Source: Diadema antillarum
Taxonomy: Eukaryota
Length of the DNA: 64,000 nucleotides
Assembly (NCBI RefSeq): GCF_040938485.1
Contig: NW_027271101.1
Location: 186,001-250,000, forward strand
Reading direction: 5' to 3'
Part shown: positions 12,333 through 23,900 of the stretch, one piece after another
How the letters are laid out: each line of letters begins with the position of its first letter
Numbering within the stretch: the stretch's first letter is position 1
The notes under the pieces: model-generated
Told to the model about the DNA's origin: nothing
What the model saw: the letters and a program-made list of their open reading frames with translations, nothing else
The model's database searches: none
Program-made: the position numbers and the translations under genes

Positions 12333-12706
12333 CTCGAGTTGGCTTTTTTTCAGTAGGCCTAACTATACACAGCCCAGACCAGTTGCTGTACGTAGCGCTG
12401 TATTCGCACAGCGTATTAACAGCGTCTGGTTGTCAGGCTAGCCTTTCAGTTGAATTAAATCTAAAAAAGTAACTAATAAACCGAGTTCTGGATCTGGATC
12501 TGGATCTGGATGCGAGTACAGTGCAGGACCGACCTTTCGGTATAAAGCACCGGCTGAGAGAGGGCGCGTGGTTTTTAGTTGTAATACGATGGCTTTTCTC
12601 AAGTTTTGCTTTAAAGACTTCTGGTGATGTACTACTAACTGTTACTACTGACAACTTCAGTGCCAGTGGGAAGTTGATTCCATGCCAGAGGCAGAGTTGC
12701 TTTCAG

Positions 12707-12739
<33 letters not shown>

Positions 12740-13802
12740 CAGTTGCTCTGTTTTACAATGTCTTACTGAATAACACTTTGTATGATTTGTAACGTATTAA
12801 TGATTTCTCTACAATGTTGTCTACGTTACAATCTTTGAATTTCTTGGCTGTGATGTTTCGCTTTGGTCTTACTCTTAGTTTAGATCTTCTAATAATACAT
12901 ACACTGTCACTGTACTGTCATAAATATATGTACTGGTATAGTGGTAAGTGCTAAAAAGCGACACTGAGTAAAGCGACGACAGTGCATAATGAATTCAATG
13001 CACTGCACTGCGTGTCTGTAAACGGAAACTGTATCATACGGCGGCATTCCTCGTGAATTTGAGCTCATGGCCCCATCGACAAAAAAAGACACGGCAACAA
13101 AATAATGAACATTGTAATCATACTTGCCTGCATCAGCAAACTTAGAGTCGAGTCCAATCTATAGTAGTATAGAAAACTGCTACGGATATATGCGCGGGTA
13201 GCCCGGTTCGTCATCGCATCATACTACGGGTAAGTAGATCAAGGACTTTTGCTTGCATCCATAGCCATGTCATGCACATCATCAACACACAGACCGCAGG
13301 GTCGCAGGGGACCGAATCAGCCGTGGGACCGTTCCAGCGGTGCGCGTACGCGTGTGCTGACCGTGGACCGCAGTACAGCAGTAGTAGTGCATGGGAAGAA
13401 GTCGGCCAGTGATATAGACGTGCGCGAGCCCGCGGAAATCAACATTGTGACAGTGCGGTCAGTGGTAAGACAATCGCTTTCGTTCATAAATATTACATTT
13501 TCATCATTCAATGCCTGAATTCTCAGGCAACGGATCCTTCCACATTATAGATTTTATACGGTAGCAAAAGACAATCCTGGAATGCCCTAGAAAGGGCTAT
13601 GAACTACAAGAATCTAGGGGATACTTCTATGCCCCTAGGCTAAGTCCCACATAATGCTTTTTCGTGTTACTACTATTAGGCCATGCCCATAGACTGTAGT
13701 GTAGGTCTAAAATAACTAACAGTTAGATTCTAGATCCTCTATACACAGCCCAGTCGCTGTATAAATAGCGACGCGGCTGTACCGTCACGAAATTAGGAAA
13801 AC

Positions 13803-14563
13803 ATATCAGTTCGGGAAACCCACTCACAAGGGGGGCCCCTCCTTATAAGTAACCCGTCCCCCTTATAAGTAACCCCGTCCCCCTTATAAGTAACCCCCGG
13901 GGCACCCCTTATAAGGAGTCTCCACGCTTTTTTGCAATGCAACGCGAAAATGAAAGGACTGCGGCAATTCGCTTGATTATGTCCATAAAGCTTCACAAGT
14001 TTCCTAGTTACTCACGAAATTTGAGCAAAATCGGTTCGAGGCATCATATCTAAAATCATGGATTTAAATGCGATGTCAAACGACCCATGCGAATGCTGAA
14101 ATGCGAGCGATTACTGGCGTGAGTGTCGCCAGGCGCGCCGGGCGGCAATGCTTGAGTGCAGACGTGGCGACTGAGTACCGGTACATGTACTCAGTCGCCA
14201 CGTCTGCACTCAAGCATTGCCGCGCCGCCGCGCCTGGCGACACTCACGCCAGTAATCGCTCGCATTTCAGCATTCGCATGGGTCGTTTGACATCGCATTT
14301 AAATCCATGATTTTAGATATGATGCCTCGAACCGATTTTGCTCAAATTTCGTGAGTAACTAGGAAACTTGTGAAGCTTTATGGACATAATCAAGCGAATT
14401 GCCGCAGTCCTTTCATTTTCGCGTTGCATTGCAAAAAAGCGTGGAGACTCCTTATAAGGGGTGCCCCGGGGGTTACTTATAAGGGGGACGGGGTTACTTA
14501 TAAGGGGGACGGGTTACTTATAAGGAGGGGCCCCCCTTGTGAGTGGGTTTCCCGAACTGATAT
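13803..14563. repeat. 761-bp near-perfect palindrome (foldback-type element)
   Basis: Arms 13803-14178 and 14187-14563 are reverse complements, with one 4-vs-5-nt bubble (14138-14141 vs 14224-14228) and an 8-nt loop. ATAT lies at both ends. Four CCTTATAAG subterminal repeats per arm. Confidence 0.95.
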
Positions 14564-14932
14564 TGATGGTAAATGTTCTCAGTGCAGTACATTAGAAACA
14601 TTTCCTCCTAAACACTTTTAGAATTTTTAGAAAGAATGTCCGGGTTCCACTAACTGCGACCAGCCCCAACGACAACGTGCAGCGCAGCGTGTTGGGGCTG
14701 TGCCGTTTTCGCATTCAGATCTTAATGTTGTACAAAAAGGATGCCGTTCCGGCGCTATATTTCCTTAATTTTTCAACAAAAACTACTAGGAATACTTACA
14801 TGGGTCGATTAAACCTGAATGATTCAAATCGGTGACTGTTCGATGCATTTCGTTACTTATGATGCAGAAAATGTTGTCTTATAACTAAGGCTAATTATCT
14901 TCAGCTCACCGATGATCACTAACGTTGCATGT

Positions 14933-15055
14933 TAGCCTTTTGTCAAGGCCCTCTCGCTGTAACGGACGAGCGAAGGGACGAGCGAAGCGAGTCGCGCTAC
15001 CTTACTCGGCTGGGCTCTCTACACCATACAGCGAAAGGGCCTTGACAAAAGGCTA
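14933..15055. mobile_element. 123-bp mini-element with 29-bp TIRs (TAG...CTA ends)
   Basis: TAGCCTTTTGTCAAGGCCCTCTCGCTGTA ... TACAGCGAAAGGGCCTTGACAAAAGGCTA, with one mismatch. Confidence 0.75.
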
Positions 15056-16099
15056 CGTATTACTCGCTACATGCATAGATGCTTGCTAATGGATATACAC
15101 GTTCAAAATGGTAGCACGGCTCTCCCACTAGGGCAGGCCGCTTACTCCTAAAAAATGTGGAAAATTTTGCAGTTTCCAGATAAATTGGTGAAAAGAACCA
15201 AGGCAATGGGGTAATGTATATTTCATTTTTTATTGTCACTGTGTTCATGATGGAAATTTACCCATGATTTATTCGTGAAGTCGCCGTATGTGGCAATAGG
15301 GAGTTGTTCGTGATTCTCACTTTAGCGAAACTGCGAGGTAGCCGCCAGGACCCCGCCGCATCATAGCGGTGCGGTCTCTGGGGCTAGGGTTCCACCAAAG
15401 ATTATACAGAAATCAGTTGCAAAGTTATCTTTGAGTAAGTAATCTTACTATAGGTAATATATTGAATCATCCTGAACAAAAATATATCATTTGTTTTGTT
15501 AGATGCACTGGTAAATATTGGATATTATAGTTTGTATTGATATGTTATGGAATAGCATGCATAATGATAAAAGTGCCCGGTGTGTATGCCTTAAAACCAA
15601 AATTTGTTTCAGGTTGACAGCAATTTGTTTTGTTTTAATAAACCACAAAAATAAAGTTATTCATGCTAATATTTGCCGGGAGCTGTTGCGCAGCAAGGGC
15701 ACAGAATAAAGAGCGCCATCAAACGACTTCAACCAGCAGTGACGACGTGACACACACGAACCGTACCAGGACTCGACAAGCCAACCCATACAACCCCAGC
15801 CTCAGCCCAGTCAGCCACTGTACACAAGCACAACCGCAAACGCACCGTACAGAGTGGCGTAAATAGTCAAGTCTGACTGAAAAACGCCATAAAACTCAAC
15901 AACAACAACAACAACAACAAACCGTCACGACCTACAACACAAAGAGAGCTCAGCGATCGCATTGCAATCGCTTTGAGGTTTGATACTTTAGACTAACGGT
16001 TAGATCATTTTTTGTCACCTCGGCTCGGTCAAACTCATCTAGAATATCTACCTAGTTCTAGATCCCCAATGACTACTGCTATCAATATTGTCGTACACA

Positions 16100-16560
16100 T
16101 TTAACAACTTACTGAAAATGATGATTATAATATGCAGCATGTGCGAACGGTACATCGTCTTTCACGCCAGGCCATTTTGAATATCGGGAGTTCATGCAAT
16201 CTGAATGCACTTTTAAAACTCAAAAAGGTCACGCTGTCAACCGTGCTGCTACACTCAAGCAGCGCACGCACGCAAAAGATCTCTCTGCAGCGCATGCGCA
16301 TAATTTGCAGAGGTCAAAGCGCCATTTTGAATTCTGCAACGATGAACCCCAATGGTCAGGCATTGCGCCAGAAAGTGTCATTTTTTTGTTCTATGGACTT
16401 ATCACGATCGAGGGCTCTCTATGGACTTATGAACCTTCTGTAATATAAACATGCACTTACAGTAACATGAGTAACGTATACATTTTTTATAAGAAACGTA
16501 GAGGATCTATAAAGTTTTGTAGTTGTGTTGTGGTTCCCCACTTTGAAGGTGAGGCCTCGA
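16100..16560. promoter_or_regulatory. Probable bidirectional CpG-rich promoter (ANAPC4 and the minus-strand gene)
   Basis: CpG-rich. YY1-type GCCATTTTG at 16171 and 16321. NRF1-type GCGCATGCGC at 16290-16299. Plus-strand donor AAG|GTGAGG near 16550 suggests a non-coding ANAPC4 exon 1. Transcription start sites are inferred, not observed. Confidence 0.55.
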
Positions 16561-16734
16561 CTGTCTGATGCTGTGCTCGTCTGGTCGGGCTAGGTCTAAA
16601 ATTAAAATACTAAAAAGTTTTGGGGCAATCCAGAGCAGAGGCCAGAGCAGGGGTTTAGTAAGGGGCCACACACTTTTTTGACCTTAAAATTGCTCTAATT
16701 GATATTTTTGATAACAGGATTATATTTTCGAGTA

Positions 16735-17240
16735 TAGGGTAAAACCCCCAGTTTTCGGTCATTTAAGCTTTTCTGCAATGTTTTTAAAACTAAAATTAAT
16801 TAGATTTAGGACATATTACTTTACAGGACACTGTCAGACTGTACAATTACAAGGCTAGAAAAGTTCATACAGCAGTGTATGTTAAATGTATCAAATTCTT
16901 TTATCTCAGTTTTTATTTTGTTAAGCACAATATAGAATTTCGCAAAATCCCCCAATATATCACCTTGATATAATTCCCCAGACTACAGTGAGTCATTGAG
17001 TCAACACAATCAGAATTCGGTCAGGCAATATATATGCCGCAAAGCGTGTTCGATGTCAATGCGCATACACTTCAACAAGGGGAGGCCACTGAAAATGCGC
17101 AGCGCCATACCTTATTGGCGCAGATTTGCATCAGGGGCGGCACCCGATGTTGACTGAATTCTGGCAAGTTGGCGCTTGCATTCAACCCCTGTACATTTAG
17201 TCACTGTGTCGGCATGCACATATTTTTTTTTTTTCGTAAT
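16735..17240 (-). mobile_element. TAGGGTA/GTATTCGGTCAC MITE family, copy 3 (inverted, more diverged)
   Basis: TAGGGTAAAACCCCCAGTTTTCGGTCATTTAAGCTTTTT matches the reverse complement of copy 2's right end. TTGCATTCAACCCCTGTACATT matches the reverse complement of AATGTACAAGGGTTGAATGCAA. Confidence 0.7.
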
Positions 17241-17999
17241 CTAACAAGGATATGGTACTACTACTTAATACTAACTTGTGTAGAGTGGTACTGGTATGTC
17301 AGAATTAGTGTGGTGGGGGACATATGGAAGTCTTTCTGAATTAACACCTAATCAAATATCAACCATAAAATACATCATGTACCAGCTGGGTTAAATCCAA
17401 CGATCTAGTCATTTTGTTTTGTCCCTATTCAAATTCCATTCCATTTCATGCTAAAAATTGGTGATTAGAATAAATTTATACCCTGCCAGTTATGATTAAC
17501 CCCATCATCTTGGCATGGGTATGATGATGATTATTATCATGAAATGCATTTTTTTTTTCCAGTGTCGGATTCATCAAGAATCAATTAAAGAACATGTACA
17601 ACGTATATGCCTTGTTATTTACTTTCAAAGTCTATCTAAAGTCTTTTAAAGTCTATCTAAAACAGTTCTCTGAGAGACCTTATTTATTATATACCAGGTA
17701 GCCAATTTTGTCTGCAGGGGAACTTAAATGCCTTCCCAAAGGACCATACTTTGCAGCTCTCTGATCATCTTTTTGCGAATTACAAATGATGTTGATATCC
17801 ACCAACATCACAATAGAGTGTAATCTTGTATTCTTGATTTTTGGATGTGATCATCACAATGACTAAAGGTGTAATTGTGATGCTTGAAAGCGATCCTTCA
17901 CTATAATTTCCCCAGTCCCACAGTGCATGGTAGAGTAAAAACTCTGTGACGGTATAGTGGAGCCGATGACCTGGCAGGGAGACTGACCCACCACGCACC

Positions 18000-20900
18000 A
18001 TGCAGCAAGCCTTTCGCCAGCTGGAAGAGAGGAACCTCTCCGTTGAGGTCACCCTCATGGAGTGGTCCCCCAAGATGGACCTGATAGCCCTGTCCAATGA
18101 AAATGGGGAGGTGAGCTGATCACAGATCTCTGTAGAAGTTAATTGGATATCTCGTAGGCCAATCGTTTTGAAGCAGCCGTGCCGCCATCTCACCAAGCAC
18201 ATCACCCATGCATTTGTGTACAGAGCTCTCAACATCTTGTGATTGTGATGACAGTCTCTGCTGGAAAATGTTTGCAAGTCCCCATAGAGTGTGCCTGGTA
18301 AGATGGCGGCATGGTGGTTTCACTTGTATGTACGGTTAGAATGAGCCAATGACATATCCAGATAGCTCCTTTAGAGATCAGTGAACCTGATGCACGTGTA
18401 GTAAATTGACTTGCCAGGGATAACTGACTAGTGTCACATAAAACAGTATATTCCTTTTTCCCCCATTTTCTTTTGTTTTAGCCCAAAGAAAACCACCCAT
18501 CTGGAATCTTTGATAATATTTATTACAGTCATTTTATTTATTTTGTGTTATTTGAAAACAGGGTAGTCATTTTAGAGCCCTGTATTCATACAAAACAAAG
18601 ACCAGTATAAAATGGAAACTCAAATATACAAAACCATGGATAAAAGAAAATGTAACTTATCGCATGTTCATTCCAGTTGGCATTAAATAATGTTATCGTT
18701 ATCAATGACACTCCTTCCCAATGGTGACTGGATAACCTCTCAAAGCATTTAGAAAAAAAAATTGCATTCATGTGCGAGTATATGAGTGAGAGAGAGAGAG
18801 CAATGTTGCATGAGAGGAGTAGAAGTAGAGACAGGAATCAGATAAGTTTTAAGCTGAATTGAATTAATCATCAAGTAACTTTTGACCATCTCATCTGGTG
18901 GCCTCAATAGAAACGGAAAAACAACAGCAAACAAACATTCAGCTGTCCTTGTGTCATAAATATGATCTCATGCAATATATGATATGAAGTATGTGTTTGT
19001 TTTCTGTGTGAATGTCATATATTTCATGTTTTCTAAAGAGATACTGTAAAACGAGGAATTTTCGCGTGCATTTTAATTTCGCGAATTTCGCGAGCGCCAA
19101 AATTCGCGAAATTAAAATGCACGTGAAAGCTTTTGTCTACACTACATACATTGAATGCCAGAAGCAATTCGCGAAAATTTCATGCCACGAAAAAGGCTTT
19201 CGACTCCAATTCGCGAAAATTTCATGCCGCGAATATATCATGTTTTACAGTATATTGCAAGACTTGTAATTTTATCAAGCATATCATATTACATTCATTC
19301 TCTAAGACCACAGAATTTTATTTCTTCATGCACTTTTAAAAATAAGAGCAAGTGGGGTTTAAAGAAAAAAAAATCAAATATCACCCATATTGCTTCTGAT
19401 TTCATGGCTTTCATGATCACAGCATAGCATATGAATTTCTTGGCAGGTTTTGTTGCAGCGACTGACGTGGCAACGCCAGCCTATCTGGACCCTGTCTCCA
19501 CCAGGGGAGGAGGAGAGAAAAGAGGTTCGTGCTCTGGCCTGGAGACCCGATGGCAAAGGTCAGTTTACTTTGAGTTTGTAACCTTCTTTTGGAAAGCAGT
19601 ACGATGGTAGTCGTAGGAAGATATTTCATTTTTCATTTCATTTCAATTTATTTTCATATTTCTCACATATATCACAATAAAGTATATGTATAAATATGAA
19701 AATTATACAAAACATAATTTAGATGAGACTTCATCAGAATGTACAAAAGTTTGATTTGGTATAAACATGAGGTCTGTATGCATGCGAATTAAACTGTAGT
19801 CATCGAATGCGAAAAAATATGATGGGGCCTGCGTAAAAGCATTAGCTTGTACAGCCGCAGGTCCCGAGAGTAATCAGATTAGGGGAAGTTTAAAGTACGG
19901 ATGTTTTTTAAGACCAACTATATCTGAGGAAACCGATTTAAAGGGAACGTAAACCCAAAGTACAATGTGGATTGAGTGAAAGCAGCAACATTTGTAGAAC
20001 ACATCAGTGAAAGTTTGAGGAAAATTGGACAATCGATGCAAAAGTTATGAATTGTTAAAGTTTTGTTGTTGGAACCGCTGGATGAGGAGACTACCAAAGG
20101 TTATGACGTATGAGTGGACAACAATATAAAGAAAATATAAAGAAAATTTCGCAAAAATTCATTTTTCACGAAAATTACAAATTCCACCAAATTGATACTG
20201 ACATATGTTAAGGGTAGCAATTATTCCCCCTGCTTTCTGAAAGCGGTTACTCAAGTGCTCTTTCATAATGCTAGAAAAGTGAAATTTTGTTGAATTTCCT
20301 TTATATTTTCTTTGAATTGTTGTCCACTCATACGTCATAACCTCTAGTAGTCTCCTCATCCAGCGGTTCCTACACCAAAACTTTAAAAATTCATAACTTT
20401 TGCATCAATTGTCCGATTTTCCTCAAATTTTCACTGATGTGTTCTACTAATGTTGCTGCTATTACTCAATCCACATTGCACATCCACATTAAATATATGT
20501 CACTAAATAAAAATACAGAAAACAGAAAACAGAAAGCAGAAAACAGAAAGATCACATGTTGCAGCAGTGAACAACAACTGCAGAGATTCAAGGGGTGTGT
20601 TGCAGAGTATAGAAAATGGCGTAACTGTATGTCATAAATACATTTAATAAGTAGAAGGTGGAATAATGAGATTTGTCGTGAATGTAAACAATACCAAAAG
20701 CTCAGGAGTAACATTCCAGCTTGGGTCCTAAAACCAAGCATTCTGTGTGACCATAGTAACCGACAGCTGTCACGCGCGAGAATTTCGATAACCGAGTGGA
20801 ACAATAGGTGCATGAACAGCGCAACAGGCAGACTGTTCAAAAACAGTGTTCATGGTTAGGATCCCGCCGGACTAAGGTGGGATAGACAAGGGGTAACATG

Positions 20901-23900
20901 TAAAGAGCAACAAGAACTATACACTATGCATGCCGTACAATGTAGCTGCTAAGAAGATATTGCTTCAGTTTTCGTTTGAATGAGGTTACAGTGGTACAAC
21001 TTACAAGTTCCATAGGGAGTTCGTTCCAATATTTGGGCCCAGCGAACATAATGGTTTTTTTCGCGAAAATTGTTCGGGTACGTGGAAGGTGATATGCGTA
21101 ACGTTGACGAGTTGGATAATCATGAACTGTATAATTTCTTGTAAACATTTGGGAAAATACGTCTGGTAATTGGCCAGTTGAAAATTGAAACATAAACAGG
21201 CCGACGTTATAATAAAATAACTCGGGAATTTTCAAAATTTGATTACTAACAAAAAGTTCGTTCGTGTGGGATAAATATCCAGTGTGGTTAACAATTCTAA
21301 CAGCGCGTTTTTGTACAAGAAATAACGAATCGATAAGGTTTTTAGAAGCATTTCCCCACACCAGAATCCCATAGTTGAGATAGGGAGATATCAAAATTGA
21401 ATATATGCTCTGTAGAATATTACTTGGAAAATAATAGCTAAGTTTGTTAAGAACCCCGGTATTTTTAGCAATAATTGTGCTTACATAATTAACATGGGTT
21501 CTCCAAGATAAATCACTATCGATATGAAGACCCAAAAATTTTGTACTGTTGACCTGTGACAGATCAATGTTGTTTATCTTGACAGAGAGAGGTAACACAG
21601 ATAGCGAATTACTGAATAACATATACTGAGTTTTATCAATGTTTAAGGATAATTTGTTCGCAAAAATCCAAGATTGGACAGAAACAAGTTCTTTATTTAT
21701 TATGTTTATAAGCGCATCAGGATTTTGATGAGAGAAGAACAAATTTGTATCATCTGCAAAACAAACGAAGGAGAGAATCTTAGAGGAGTTCTGGATATCA
21801 TTAATATATAAAATAAAGAGAAGTGGGCCTAACAAGGAACCCTGTGGAACACCACAAGAAATCAGTTTTGGCTGGGAATCGTGACCGTGAATACTTACAA
21901 ATTGTTTTCTGTTCGTTAAATAATCAGTGAACCATTCTAGCGCCCTTCCCCGAATTCCGTAATGATTTAACTTATAAAGTAAAATGTCATGGTCTATTGT
22001 ATCAAACGCCTTGGAGAAGTCAAGGAAAACACCGACAGTGTGAGAAATATCATCTATAGCATGAGCTATCTTATCAATAAACTTGAGTAATGCGTGAGTT
22101 GTACTATGTTTTTTCCGAAATCCAAATTGAGATTCAGTGAATATTTTTGCCTGAAGAAAAAAATTAAGGGTGCGTTTATACACAAGTCTTTCGAGTATCT
22201 TTGAAAAAGCAGTTAAAAGAGAAATGGGGCGATAATTATTGACAAGGTCTTTTCGCCCTTTTTTAAAAATGGGAACAACTCTGGCTACTTTCATTTTTGA
22301 GGAACTTTACCAGTAGATAAAGATTGATTGAAAATATAAGTAAGAGGCGAAATTATTTCATGAATCACATTTTTTACCAAGAAGTTTGTGATTCCATCAT
22401 ATCCCGAACTTTTTTTATTATTTAACTTATCAACAATCTTTATTATTTCATCTTCGACAATCGGGACAAAAAATAAAGATTCCATATTCCTACTACCCAG
22501 GAAAGAGTGAAATTCTCGCTGCGCTTCAGGAATTTTATCAGCCAGATTTGGCCCAATGTTTACAAAAAAATCATTAAAAACTTCAGCTATATCTATGGGG
22601 TCATCTATGGGGGTCAATATAAGCCCATTATGACTCAAATTCACCCGACCAAATCATATGTGATGCAGCATACGTGTATGGTCCTGCGTGAGGAATGAAA
22701 TTTACTGATTTGTATGATACAAGTTTAGATTCCTTTGATACAAAATTATGTAATGTCTGATTCTATATACAAATATATCATCAATGTTTTGACTCTAAAC
22801 CTTGTTCAGTATCAAATGGCCATTGCTATTAAATGTGTTTTGAATGCATTCATATGACATGGACCAAGGTCAAACACAGGGGGATGGATATAACAGAGAG
22901 TGGAGGAAAGTCATGCTCCTAGTCCTTTATAGGAATTGATATCTTCTGTCAAATTTTTGCATAGAAGGTTATCAAAAGCAGTATGGGAATGCAATAAGGA
23001 GGGGGTTTTAAAATTATATAAAAAACAACAAAACTGTGCAAATTTGATAACCTGTAAAAATATTTCTGTGGTTGCCTGAGTAGTACATTTAAGTATGAGA
23101 GTGATGCATGTACATGCAACATAGGCAGGTAGCAGCTGCATGGAGATACCTCTTGCCAACTATGGGAACATGCACACCTATTATGCTAAGCACATGTAGG
23201 CAGTACAATATGCGCATTCCTGATTGTGACTTAACCACCTGTGAAAAATTTGGAATCTATGGTGTGTTGTGATTATNNNNNNNNNNNNNNNNNNNNNNNN
23301 NNNNNNNNNNNNNNNNNNNNNNNNNNNNNNNNNNNNNNNNNNNNNNNNNNNNNNNNNNNNNNNNNNNNNNNNNNNNNNNNNNNNNNNNNNNNNNNNNNNN
23401 NNNNNNNNNNNNNNNNNNNNNNNNNNNNNNNNNNNNNNNNNNNNNNNNNNNNNNNNNNNNNNNNNNNNNNNNNNNNNNNNNNNNNNNNNNNNNNNNNNNN
23501 NNNNNNNNNNNNNNNNNNNNNNNNNNNNNNNNNNNNNNNNNNNNNNNNNNNNNNNNNNNNNNNNNNNNNNNNNTATTTGTATTACTACTGTTTTTTAACA
23601 TGATGACAATGATAATTGTAATTTTATCCTCTCAGTCCTTGCTGTTGGGTATAGCTCTGGTAAGCTCATTCTGTGCAGTGTTGAGAAGGCAGAGGTGATT
23701 CACACAGCCAACATTGACCAGCCCATTACCACCATGCAGTGGACATCAGCAGTGGACACTGGCCCAAACCTAGAGACCACTGGTCAACAGTCGTCGATCA
23801 CGGCCAAGATAGCCGCATTCTCAGCCTCCTCTGAGGATGGGGCTGAGAAATTCCTGCCCAAATTGCCCTCACTGTCTAAAATGTAAGTAAGCAAAGAAAA

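Noticed and set aside
13793-14621. Twin ORFs MKLYGHNQANC... (13793- and 14370+) as duplicated genes
   Set aside because: They are mirror translations of the palindrome arms, start at a non-ATG codon, and have no splice or domain support.
17780-18277. 165-aa minus-strand ORF
   Set aside because: It is the antisense shadow of GC-rich ANAPC4 exon 1 and has no recognisable product.
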